Part shown: positions 52,383 through 64,000 of the stretch, piece after piece | Layout: every line of letters starts with the position of its first letter | How positions within the stretch are numbered: position 1 is the first letter of the stretch | Assembly: GCF_006345805.1 (NCBI RefSeq) | Contig: NC_043012.1 | Location: 21,390,001 to 21,454,000 of the forward strand | Length of the DNA: 64,000 nucleotides | Direction: 5' to 3' | DNA from: Octopus sinensis | Lineage: Eukaryota | The notes under the pieces: model-generated | Told to the model about the DNA's origin: nothing | The model's database searches: none | What the model saw: the letters and a program-made list of their open reading frames with translations, nothing else | Made by a program: the position numbers and the translations under genes

Positions 52383-52579
52383 GATGTGAGGTATTATCAT
52401 AAATTTCTCATTTTAGGCCGATAACTTTGGTCTTGGTGTTTGTTTTTGTTTTTAGGAGTTTGGGGTTTTTTTTTGTTTGTTTGTTTTCTTTCTTTCTGCT
52501 TTTTTGTATGAATGTAACATGAGCGAGAAAGGTATAACGACTGAGAGGAAGGTGAGAAAGAGATGCAGAAATGGAGATA

Positions 52580-52599
52580 AGAAAGAAAGAAAGAAGAAA

Positions 52600-52639
<40 letters not shown>

Positions 52640-52652
52640 GAAGAAAGAACGA

Positions 52653-52684
<32 letters not shown>

Positions 52685-52760
52685 AAAAAAAGAAAGAAAG
52701 AAAGAAAAAAAAGAAAGAAAGAAAGAAAGAAAGAAATAAAGAAAGATAGAAAGAAAGAAA
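52580..52760. repeat. (GAAA)n microsatellite
   Basis: Direct inspection. Confidence 0.97.
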
Positions 52761-53171
52761 TATACATATATATATATATTTATATACGCACTAAGTATGG
52801 GGTTTAGATCACAGGTAATCTAAACGATTAGGTACGCTAGGTAAGTGCTGTAACGGATTACTAGGGCTTTCAAGGTTATAGCTGAGATGGTAGTCATGGT
52901 GCTATTGCAGATTTCCAGTGCAGCAGATACATAGTTGTTGAAAGAGGACAACAAACATTAAGGCAAGGCAAACATCTCAATTCATATGCATTATTATTAT
53001 TGGAATATGAGATGATTGCCTCGCCTTTGTTTGTTGTCCTCTTTAACAATTATATATATATGCATATATTTAAGGTGTATTCCATTAGGTACGTATTAGT
53101 GTACAAAATAAAGCTCTTTCACCCTTAGAATAAACATACTCCTTCTTCTTGACTCTCTTTATTCATTTATA

Positions 53172-53215
<44 letters not shown>

Positions 53216-53572
53216 CATACATACATACATACATACATACATACATACATACATACATACATACACATACATACATATTGTTGTTTTAGGAATTTAAATT
53301 TCAGGAGAAAGTGAAATTTTTGTTTTTATTGATAATTTGGAAAAGTGAATCTCAAAATACATTAAACTATAAATAACACCATGCATATATTGGGTTGAAA
53401 AATTCGATGGGTGCCAGGAGGACTTCTTCAACCAATATTTACACGCTTTTGTGCCTTGAGATCCGCTATTTCAAAAACAGAATCATTTCACATTCAGTGA
53501 AATTCTTATAACATCAACAAACTACGATTCTCATTAGTAAGAAAATAGATTCTCAAATAGACACAGAAATAT

Positions 53573-53652
53573 GAAGGCTTGTCTTGATTCAATGGTTGAA
53601 CACCTGTCATACATGCGGGAGATGCAGGTTCAAGATCCACGGGTAATCTTCA
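53573..53652 (+). pseudogene. degenerate tRNA-like sequence (Val TAC-like anticodon)
   Basis: Acceptor GAAGGCT/AATCTTC (1 mismatch), anticodon stem CCTGT/GCGGG around CATACAT, GGTTCAAGATCC B-box-like motif, TTTTT 3 nt downstream; D and T stems are broken. Confidence 0.4.
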
Positions 53653-53750
53653 GCTTTTTGTTTCCGAAAAGGTTTTTCAACCCAATTTTTGCATGTTTTT
53701 GTTTATAGCTTTCTGTCCTTCGAGATCCACTCTTCCAAAAAAAAAAAGAA

Positions 53751-53786
<36 letters not shown>

Positions 53787-53921
53787 TCTGCTTAGGCATA
53801 GCTATACAGATAACTTGGTGTTAGAACTCAATATGCATATGTTGCAGAAAAATGCATTTTTGGGATACAGAGCGTGATATGTAATTAAACAAATTACAAA
53901 GGAATACGAAATTATGGAATT

Positions 53922-54071
53922 AACTTCATTACCTTACAGTTGTTTCTGCTATAAAAGGCAATGCACACATAGCTACGTTCTTGTGCATCACTTTATAGCC
54001 TCATCGGAGCAAGCACCCAGTTATGACTACATTGCGTCTTACAGCGGAAACAGCTGTAAGCTAATGAAGTT
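53922..54071. repeat. 150-bp foldback containing decayed hammerhead H7 (minus strand 53932-54010)
   Basis: AACTTCATTACCTTACAGTTGTTTC / GAAACAGCTGTAAGCTAATGAAGTT (23/25); minus strand GCT-CCGATGA-long helix II-GAAAC-AACT-GTA^AGG. Confidence 0.65.
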
Positions 54072-54090
54072 CTTTACATTTCTTGTTCCC

Positions 54091-54146
<56 letters not shown>

Positions 54147-55849
54147 TGTGTGTGTGTGTGTATGTATGTGCGATTTGAAAAAGCTGTCGGTTTTGACGAT
54201 GACCGTTAAATTATTCGATCACCTAAATTACCAACTCGTTAGATTAACTTGCAAGTGGTTGAGTATTCCATAGCCTCGTCTATTCTTAAATACAGTTCTC
54301 AGAGCCCCCTGTCTACAATAAATCAATTTGGTTCTACCAGTTTTCATACCAGCATTTTTGTTATTGGTTAAACGCTAGATGGCATCTGGGTTATCGATGC
54401 TAAAGCCTCCTCAGTTATCAGCCAACACCAGAAATGTTCATGTGAGTAGTTATGCTGATCCACCTCTACCTCAGACTACAACCAGGAAGCAAATACCTAA
54501 CATAGTTTTTGACTATTGAACCATATCCCTCGCGATAACATATATTAACCACCCAGCGCCGGAGGGCATCCGTGGATCAACTCTGATTATATAAGACAAC
54601 TCGCATGATGGGAGTTAGCCGGGAGCTCTTCAGAAAATATGGTTTTTTTTTCCTAATGAGCGGAGATACCTCAAAGGAAGTTGAACAGTTCTGCTGCAAT
54701 TGATCATCAGATAAAATGCTCTTTGCTTTTCGTGAGAAAGTTTCGCATGGTTGTGCTGTCAAGAAATTTCAGAGTCATGATAACATACATGGCCAAAGTA
54801 GTCTATATTGAACCAACAATCTGTATTTTAGCTTTCGTATGGAAGGGCATACTTATGCAATACAGGAACAGGAAATAGTAACAAGATACATGTGGCAATA
54901 ACGAAAGCTAGGGGCGCGTTTAAATGCGACAGCTAATGATGGTTCTGTTGAATTAAAACTGACAAAGTAACCCCTTTAGCTTATATATTTAGCGAAAAGT
55001 CTTGTCTCTGGTCCACAAAGCTGCTTGCATTTGGGCGTACTCCGGTCAGTTAGTGAGCCCTTGACCCTGTATAAATTTCTACTGCATATTATAATTTGTT
55101 CCTACACACATGTTCCTACATGTGCAGACGATGTGTTGGGGGGAGAAAATCTCGTAACGATATACAAAGACATAAACAACAGTAAGTTGGTGAAAACCAT
55201 ATCAATAATTTATCATAGCATTAATCAGAAACATCCAGAAGACGCTAGAAGCAAAAAAAAAAAAACTTAAGAGAGCCTCCGGGTGTATCTTTTTGCAATG
55301 TGATTAATGGTAGGAAGAAAGAATCGTGAAACGCTCACACCTGAACAAGCGAGGATGCTTCTATCCATGTTTGTGTGAGTGACCCAGCTTGGACTTCATT
55401 GTTCAAGTTGTTGTATCTTGACTCAGTTCCTGTATAATTAAATATTATGCGCTGTTTACTCGTTATCAAGTTTTAATATGGTCATTTTACATCGTCCTTA
55501 CTCCTCCGTCTTTTTTTAAAATATATAACTCTCCCCCTTTCATTCTCCAATGATTTTATAATCCCATCTTTTTAATGTTTTTTATACGTCTGTATGAGCA
55601 CTTGTGGCTAATAAACAATATTGTATTGTTGTTGTTGTACTAAATAACTAACAGTCACTGTAGTGCAGTAATTGGTTCCCAGCAAGTCGATAGTGCGACG
55701 CAGTTTCCATTGTTTCTAAGAATCACTCACACTTCACTAAAGTTACGAACAATTCTAGTTTGTCGTATTAAACTGATGTGAAAGAAATCTTTCTCTGCAC
55801 TTGTGTATTATAACTAACATACCCAGGTTTGATTGCTATTCTCTATTGA

Positions 55850-56070
55850 GAAGTAAAGCTTTCTTTCTCTTGCAGGCACAAGGGCTTGAATTATGGGGAA
55901 GGGAGTTACGCGATAACATGGATCCTGGTGGTACTTATTCCAACTGGCTTTATTTCATCCATCCCGAAAGACAAAGTAGACTTCGGCGAAATCTTAACTC
56001 GGATCATAAAGCCGGAAGAATTAACGATAAGCATTTTGTTCGGTGCACTAACGATTCTGCCAGCTCGACA
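55850..56070 (-). mobile_element. SINE family D, old copy
   Basis: GGCACAAGG..ACTTCGGCGAAAT..AAGCATTTTGTTCGG. Confidence 0.65.
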
Positions 56071-57015
56071 CCATTCTATACTTAAACTATAATGCAACGT
56101 TTTTATAAGGTAACAGGGATGAATACATCTGGCTTACGAACTCCTTGTGGTTATAAAGCATTCTTAAAACTGCAACTAAGCTACGCTATAATAAAGTAGG
56201 TGTAAACACAGAGTTATCTCCCTTGTCTTTCTTGACCAGAATTAATTATTAAAATATTGTTATTTCATACCTCATTACGGAGTATTTTATACTAATCATA
56301 TTTTCTTCACACTCTACATTAAGAATGTTTGTGTTATGTGTCTGTTTTTCATGCAACCACCGAGCAGTTTTCCTCTGGTCTTTCTTGAAATTAAATTTCC
56401 AAGTTCTTTTTATTTTTGCATTCCTTTCTTGAATCACAAGGATCCACAGCTTATTTTCTTAATTCCTTCGTAACAAATAAATTATAGATCCTCTCTTGAG
56501 TAGGGGGTTAAATTACCAGATTTTCGCCAATTCGAGAAACTGCCCTATATTTCTTCTATCTATTTCTTTTCTTGTGCATCGTAAAGGACGAAGGTTAGAG
56601 CTCTCATTAACCAATTTGAACTCTAAGGGATTGTTATCTCTGCTAAACTTATCACATCTCTATACTGTAAAAGTAAAGGATAAAACGCAAACTATAAACG
56701 ACCAACAGGCTCCATACGTCAGGTTCTATACGTCGTTAAGTCACTAACCAAACATTTCAGTAAAGTACGTGACCGAGGTGAGACCTTATTTTTATACTTA
56801 ACTTCATTTTTTTTTTTTTTGAAAATTTTCAACTCGAAATAAGGGTGATATTTTTGAGTTGAAATCGTTTGCTAGAAGTAATGATGTGGGAAGAGAAAAC
56901 ACATCTGCTTCATTCATGTCATGTTGAATTCAATATACGAGAAGTAAAGGTGGTAGGGTGAGTTGGTTGACACCTCCAGGTAGGATCTTCTTCACATCTC
57001 ACCAATACGTTATTA

Positions 57016-57411
57016 TTCTTTTACTTGTTTCAGTTACTAGACTGCGGTCACGCTGGAGCACTACCGTGAAGGGTTTTAGACGAACAAATCGACCCTAAGA
57101 CTTATTTTTTCAGCCTAATACTTAGTCATTTTTGCCGAACCGCTAAGTTACGGGGACATAAACACATCAACATCGGTGGTCAAGCAGTGATGGGGGGAGA
57201 AGCACAGACACAAAACACACACGCATAGGTATATACATATATGTATACGATGGGTTTCATTCAGTTTCCGTCCACCAAATCCACTCACAAGGCTTTGGTC
57301 GGTCCGAGGCTATAGCAGAAGACACATGCCCAAGGTACCACACAGTGGGACTGAACCTGGAACTATGTGCTTGAGAAGCAAACTTCTTACCACACAGCCA
57401 CGCCTGCGCCT
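57016..57411 (-). mobile_element. SINE family A
   Basis: Full head and tail. Confidence 0.9.
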
Positions 57412-57586
57412 ATATATGTGAGTGTGCATGTGAATGTGTAAATATATATATAATGGAGGAATTGTATACATACATGTTTGTGTCTATCTATATACTTGCA
57501 CCATATTCCCCCATCTTTACACATATCTATATACATACATGCACACATACACACATATGTGTGTATGCGTTTGTGTGTCTACCTGC

Positions 57587-57649
<63 letters not shown>

Positions 57650-58600
57650 TGTGTGTGTGTGTGTGGTGTGTGTGTGTGTGTGTGTGTGTGTGTATCGTTA
57701 CGGAACACAACTCCATCCTAGCCCGAAAATCTATTTCATCTTCGCAGTATACCATGAGCAGGTCACTTTTCGGTGTTATTCTTTTAAAGATTCATATAAC
57801 TTCATAATATATCATCGATGCTCGAATAATATCGCAGACAGATCTGTAAATCCTAGATCGGTCTGAATTCCCACATGAACCCAAAGCAGCAAAGCATCGA
57901 ACTAGGAACACTGAACCTTCATTCGTCGAAGCGACGAGAGAATCCAACAACAGCATTTAGTCACACAATAGCGTTAATCAGAAAAAAAAGAGAAACACAG
58001 CAAGCAATTGGCAGAAATTGGTTGTATCGATTGGTTACCGGCTCCAAAATATTTCGTGAACAACAAGTGTCTTGTCACGGATGCAAATATTGTGACCCAG
58101 ACAGAGGTCGTTAAATATTTCATGACTCAGTCGACCTGGCTGAAAATAGGAACCACATGGAGATCCTATTCATCACAGTTGACATTGAGAAACTTTTCTG
58201 AATGTAATTCGATTTTACGTTGCTACTGCTAAAGTTGCTACTGCTAAAGTTTTTACTTGGTTAAAATGAACTCAGTCGCCCTCACTGCTAATGTACAGCA
58301 ACCAGTCCTGCAGCAAATGAATCCTAATAATTGCTATATTGATATAGTGTTCATTATATTAAAAATGAAAGCTCAATAAACAGTTGCTAGTCAACTAAAC
58401 ACTGCGATTCTGGCAATAGCCGCATGTTTATATATATATATATAATGATATGTAGAGGAGATGGTGGGTTTATGTGTCTGTTTTGCTACCAATGATTGCC
58501 TGAAACAGAAACAAAAAAACACCATATTTGAAACGCTGTTGAAAATGTACTAATATGCGACTCGGCATTAAAATTCACTAGAAATAAAAATAGTTTTTGC

Positions 58601-58664
<64 letters not shown>

Positions 58665-58706
58665 GGTGGTGGTGGTGGTGGTGGTGGTGGTGGTGGTGGT
58701 GGTGGT
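58601..58706. repeat. (GTT)n switching to (GGT)n
   Basis: Direct inspection. Confidence 0.97.
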
Positions 58707-59663
58707 ATTTTTAAAACCCAACTGTACCCTATTGAGCAAACCCAAGATCTTGTGTTTTTAAGGGTATCTAAAATCAGGTTAACGAATGCGTTTTCTTATA
58801 TAAGACGGTGGGGGAGAAATCTAAGGGAGATTTGATTGCTAGTTCTAGAAGGTCAAGCGACCACAGAGATGCTCCATCTTAAGCTAATAGATGCGGTCGT
58901 AACTATTGAACGCAAGATCGTCTCTGATTATGCATACTTATTATCAAAGGCATTCCAGCCGTGACTATCCTATCTTTTAAGTTACATACGATTTACATTA
59001 TCCAATACTTCTTTTCCTTATTTAAGAGAGGTGAGGTGCTATTTGACATCTATTTCTAGCAGATTCAGTGACTAATTGGAGCAATAGCCACAGATAACAC
59101 AGTGCTAATTCCTCCAACCCACAACAACAGAGCCTGCAGTTAATTGCAGTTAAACCTCAAACGGTTTTAGCTAGAAGAAAGGGCAAGGCTTACGACCCGT
59201 TTTAAGGTTTCTGGAGAGAGTGATGAGAGCAATTTATCTTCATACCCGAAATCTGGTCCATGTCCTTCAACTAGAATGCATTTCATAAAGCGCATTCTCT
59301 GACCAGTTAGTGATGCTAAATCGGAGTGACAGGTTAAATCTCAAAGACTACAATATAATTAATTATGGAACCTGAAGACAATCTCAATGAAACCATCTTC
59401 CTATCGATAACCTATATTTAAAAATCAAACTTACGTGAATGTTTTGTTTGTTTTTTTTTGTTAAATTTTGATTTTTAATTGTAAGGGGACAAAAATATAT
59501 AATAAATATACATATGAAATATATAAGTATACAAACACCAATAGGATGAGTAATTCAAGAACTTTCTGGTAAACATGTTTCAAGTTTGTTTTTACTACAA
59601 ATACGAAGGGAATATTCATACACACACACATACACACACACAACACACACACACACACACAAT

Positions 59664-59743
<80 letters not shown>

Positions 59744-61143
59744 ATATATATATATATATTGTTTATATATATATAATATATATATATATATAACTTCCCT
59801 TTGCAAATACTGATTAAAGCACAGAAAGTGTGTCAATAGCCAGCTAGAGGAGATGTCTTCCTGGGACTACAAGCTACAGTAGCATCGTCCCCTCTGGGTC
59901 ACCTACATTTAGGTGGCAAATATACTTCTCGATGTTGTACAGCTACTGTTTATTTTATAGCTTGCTCAGAGATTTATTATTACATATATATATATATATA
60001 TGTATATATATGCATACATATATATATACATATATGCACAATATGTAGTAGGTAGGTCGGTCGGTCGGTCGGTAGGTTGGTAGGTAGGTAGGTAGGTAGG
60101 TAAGTAGGTAGGTAGGTAGGTCGGTAGGTAGGTAGGTATAAACACAAACACAATGTATGTATATAGGCGTTGTGTTGTTTGTGCGCGTACAATTTAGAAA
60201 ACGTGTAAAACAAGTCTACTCGTGAAACTCGAACCACTTATCAATTGGATGTCGTGTGTGTGTGTGTGTGACGGGAAAGCAATGGGTTAGGTCCACTATC
60301 TCAGAAGCTGTAGGAATGCCAATCCGACAGACACCACATAATTTCTAAGTCTCCAAATTCACTCCTAAGATCTGGGTCAACCCCTGGACTATGGCAGAAT
60401 AAACCTTACCCAAAGTTCCGCTCAGTGAAACTCCCTTCTAAGCTGTGATTAAAAAGCGAAATACTTAAACTGTCGACCACGCGTACGATAATGTCTAAGC
60501 CTGGGAAGCATCCCTTAGGTGTACTCGACTGTTTCGGGGCGGGTGGGGTTGGTGTGGGGGGGGGGGGGGTAAAATCTCCTTTGCGAATTAGAACTGTCAC
60601 CGACATTTTTAGCGTGATAATCAATAGAAAAAGTGGTTACAGAGTCACAGATGTAATTGAATTCGCCATTTCAAACAGACAATTTTAACCCTTTAACTGC
60701 GAAATTTAATTTTATAGTTATTCCAGTAATGATATTAAAGAATCAAACAAAACTAGAATTGGTATTTTTTGCAAGTTACGTTGCCTCAATAAACCTGACA
60801 TAACTCACCAAAAAATAGCTTTAAACATGATATTCTTCACCAAAAGGTAGATTGATATATAAAGCTGCTTTCCCCAGTTAAGGATAATGAAATGTTGCAT
60901 GGATATATAGCTGATTTGTGCAACAAAAAGTTTAAGGTAATATTTCTGCTAATTGCAGAAAAGACGAGAAAATTTTCTACTCCGTGATACAAAAAGAATT
61001 TGAGATTAAAGAACGGAGCTTCATGTTGGTAGTCTTCAATCATTTTTACTTTGTGGGAACAAATAAAGCATAATAAATTATTGGTGCACCTCGTATTTTT
61101 TTTACTTCTTTCAGTTACTGGACGGCGGTCATGCTGGAGCACC

Positions 61144-61243
61144 NNNNNNNNNNNNNNNNNNNNNNNNNNNNNNNNNNNNNNNNNNNNNNNNNNNNNNNNN
61201 NNNNNNNNNNNNNNNNNNNNNNNNNNNNNNNNNNNNNNNNNNN
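61144..61243. other. assembly gap (100 N) breaking a SINE A tail
   Basis: Round-number N run directly after ..CATGCTGGAGCACC. Confidence 0.99.
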
Positions 61244-61307
61244 TAACCCGCTCTTATCAAAAATGCAGGCCTTGTGTTTATTCTAGAAAGAATTATTATT
61301 AAAGATC

Positions 61308-62085
61308 AAAGGCGGCGAACTGGTTAGAATCGTTAGCCCGACGGGCGAAATGCTTAGCGGTATTTCGTCTGTCTTTACGTTCTGAGTTCAAATTCCGCCG
61401 AGGTTGGGTTTGCTTTTCATCATTTAGGAGTCGATAAATTAAGTACCAGTTACGCACTGGGATCGATGTAATCGACTATCCCCTTTCCACAAATGTCAGG
61501 CCTTGTACTTATAGTAGAATGGATTATTAAAGGTTAAAGTTGACGCGCTGGTAGAACCGTTAGCGAGTCGGGTAAAATGCTCGGCAGCTTTTCTCCCACC
61601 CTTTTATGTTCTGAGTTCAAATTCCGCCTTTCATCTTTTCAGGGGTCAATATAACCGACTTACACCCTTCTTGGGACTTGCTGGCCTTGTACCAAAATTT
61701 GAAAGCGTAGGGTGACATGGCGGTAAGCTGGGAGAATCGTTTGAGCGTTGGAAAAAATGCCCTGCAGTATTCTTGCAACCCTTTACATTCTGAGTTCTAA
61801 TCCCGCCGTTGTCAACTTTGCCTTTCATTCTTCCAGGGCCCAAGTACTGAGGTCGATGATACTGATTAATCCCTTTCCCCTCAACAATTGCTCGCCTTGT
61901 GCCAAAATTAGGAAACATTATTTTAAAGGGCGATGTATTAGCAGAACCGTTAAAGCATCGGACAAAATAACTTTAAACATTTCTTCCGGCTCCTTACGTT
62001 TCTAAATTACAATCATTACCGGGTTCGATGTAATCGCCTGTTACCCTCCTCTAATTTCCAGGCTTTGGGCCCTATCCGGGAAACA
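61308..62085 (+). mobile_element. head-to-tail array of four SINE D units (about 200 bp each)
   Basis: Units start near 61308, 61535, 61713 and 61926; each has GAA(T/C)CGTT.., and the first three have TTCTGAGTT..; divergence increases rightwards. Confidence 0.8.
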
Positions 62086-62119
62086 ATAAATAGAAATTCG
62101 CTAATCACACGGTAGTGGT

Positions 62120-62790
62120 GAGCGTGGATGGCCGAGTGGATAAGGATACTGAAACCACCAGCTGAGAAATCGATGGTTCATATCTGATCAGCAACAGTAC
62201 ATTCTGTGAGGTACTGCTAACAACTAACGCTCAAATAGTCCTAAGAGCAGGCTGCCGTCCCAGACAACATTAACGGTTGTTCATTATAGCTTGAGGTGCA
62301 GATAACGAGGGAATCTGCTCTATTGTTGTCTCTCGAACGCAAGACATAACAGCTACATCTCCCTGAAATCACCTTAGATACTCAACAACACGTGCAGATT
62401 CCATAACTGAGGCTGCCAAGATAGCTTTGAATAAAGGTGGTAGATAAAGGTGGTATTTTTCTCAAGCGAACAGTTCATCCCGAAGCCTCAGATTTCTCTT
62501 TTCTCTAAACTCATTCAAATTCAGGAAAAAAATGTACTCATAACATACGTATTAGTAGTTACAAGATGCATCTCACCGATGGTCTGGGATGCTTCATTAG
62601 TAATATTTCTGCGGTCTCAGGTTTTTCTGGTCTGTCAACATCAAGTAACCCCTGACCCAGTTGTTCAAGCCCCAGCTTCCATCCCAGCAGCAACCGCAGA
62701 CCATTGATCTACCACCTCACCTCATATTCTAGAAAGGTTATCTTTTCCTGATGAAGTCTAATAAGTTAGAAACATGTCTGGTGTTTCCAC
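62120..62790 (+). mobile_element. putative tRNA-headed structured element ending in hammerhead motif H6 (62748-62778)
   Basis: A-box TGGCCGAGTGG, B-box-like GGTTCATATC, GAGCGT/ACGCTC closure, and a 3' CTGATGA..GAAAC-AT-GTC with an ACATGT palindrome; helices I and II are decayed. Confidence 0.35.
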
Positions 62791-63164
62791 TATAAGGCTA
62801 AGATCAGGTTTACCCGCCACACGTATACACACACACACAGCATTGGTTACATTTTATTCCCAATTAATTTTAATTAATTTAAAATAACCAGGGTAATCTT
62901 CCTTACCTTTCTGAACTAAACTTAATCATTAAGTTAATGATTCTTTCTCTTCACCACGGATGAAGTTTAAATTTATTACAATTTCCTTGCTCGCAACATG
63001 ATGTTAGCACTGACTTTGCAATTTAGCTTCACTGCAGAGCGTGTCCCTGAGTATTTTCCCCAGTCTTTGGGTAAAGCAATCGGTTAGATAAGTCTATGTA
63101 AATGAGTAGTGGGCACGGTTGGAATCGAAGATACACTTCCTGATGGCTTTGTCTGGAAACTGAA

Positions 63165-63375
63165 TCGTTTGCACGCCGGACGAAACGCTTACCGGCTTTT
63201 CATCCGTTTTTTTTTAAAGTTCTGAGTTCAAATTCCACTGAGGTCGACTTTACCTTTCATCCTTTCGGGGTCAATAAAACAAGTACTCGTTGAATATTAG
63301 AGGTGGGGTGGGGGTCGATGTAATCGATTTATACTTCCTTCGAACTTACTGGCCTTGTACCAAGATTTGGAACCC
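63165..63375 (+). mobile_element. SINE family D copy
   Basis: GTTCTGAGTTCAAATTCC..CCTTTCATCCTTTCGGGGTC. Confidence 0.8.
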
Positions 63376-63428
63376 ATATTTATATCACAAATATGTGTGT
63401 GTATGTATGTATACATGCATACATACAT

Positions 63429-63467
<39 letters not shown>

Positions 63468-63486
63468 TACATATATATATATATAT

Positions 63487-63842
63487 GGAGGCGCAATGGC
63501 CCAGTGGTTAGGGCAGCGGACTCGCGGTCGTAGGATCGCGGTTTCGATTCCCAGACCGGGCGTTGTGAGTGTTTATTGAGTGAAAACACCTAAAGCTCCA
63601 CGAGGCTCCGGTGATCCCTGCTGTACTCTTTCACCACAACTTTCTCTCACTCTTACTTCCTGTTTCTGTTGTACCTGTATTTCAAAGGGCCGGCCTTGTC
63701 ACTCTTTGTGTCACGCTGAACTACGTTAAGGGTACACGTGTCTGTGGAGTGCTCAGCCACTTACACATTAATTTCACGAGCAGGCTGTTCCGTTGATCGG
63801 ATCAACCGGAACCCTCATCGTCGTAACCGACGGAGTGCTTCC
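63487..63842 (+). mobile_element. SINE family B with small internal deletions
   Basis: Head and tail match 42286-42668. Confidence 0.92.
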
Positions 63843-64000
63843 ACTATATATATATATATAATAATATTATATATATATATTATATATGTGTGTGGTGTGT
63901 GTGGTGTGTGTGTGTGTGTGATTGTGCATACTTATATATATGTATACATATATTTTATCTTTTACTTGTTTAACTTATTAGACTGCGGCCATGCTGTAGC

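Noticed and set aside
59371-59405. CTGAAGA..GAAACCATC
   Set aside because: Neither helix II nor helix III pairs.

Overview
Eukaryotic, AT-rich, microsatellite-saturated non-coding DNA. The repertoire of tRNA-derived SINEs looks like an octopus (Octopus sp.) intronic or intergenic region; this assignment is recognition of repeat style, not a database hit. I could not identify a confident host protein-coding exon, and most ORFs in the track are translations of (TA)n/(CA)n/(GATA)n runs. Supportable content: about 45 copies of four tRNA-SINE head families with interchangeable tails, two mariner transposase relics, a decayed Penelope-like RT + GIY-YIG element, two CR1/L2-like LINE 3' ends, a LINE ORF1 relic with a zinc knuckle, tandem non-autonomous Helitrons, several MITE/foldback elements, a candidate RFX X-box promoter near 50.1 kb and a 100-N gap. 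The most striking unannotated signal is a dense population of type I hammerhead-ribozyme motifs with self-complementary helix III. Three lie within 1.5 kb (7441-8894), one carries a compensatory U3-A8 core (17678-17723), one sits inside a long hairpin, one ends a tRNA-headed element, and several more are decayed. All folds were read by eye and none was computed.
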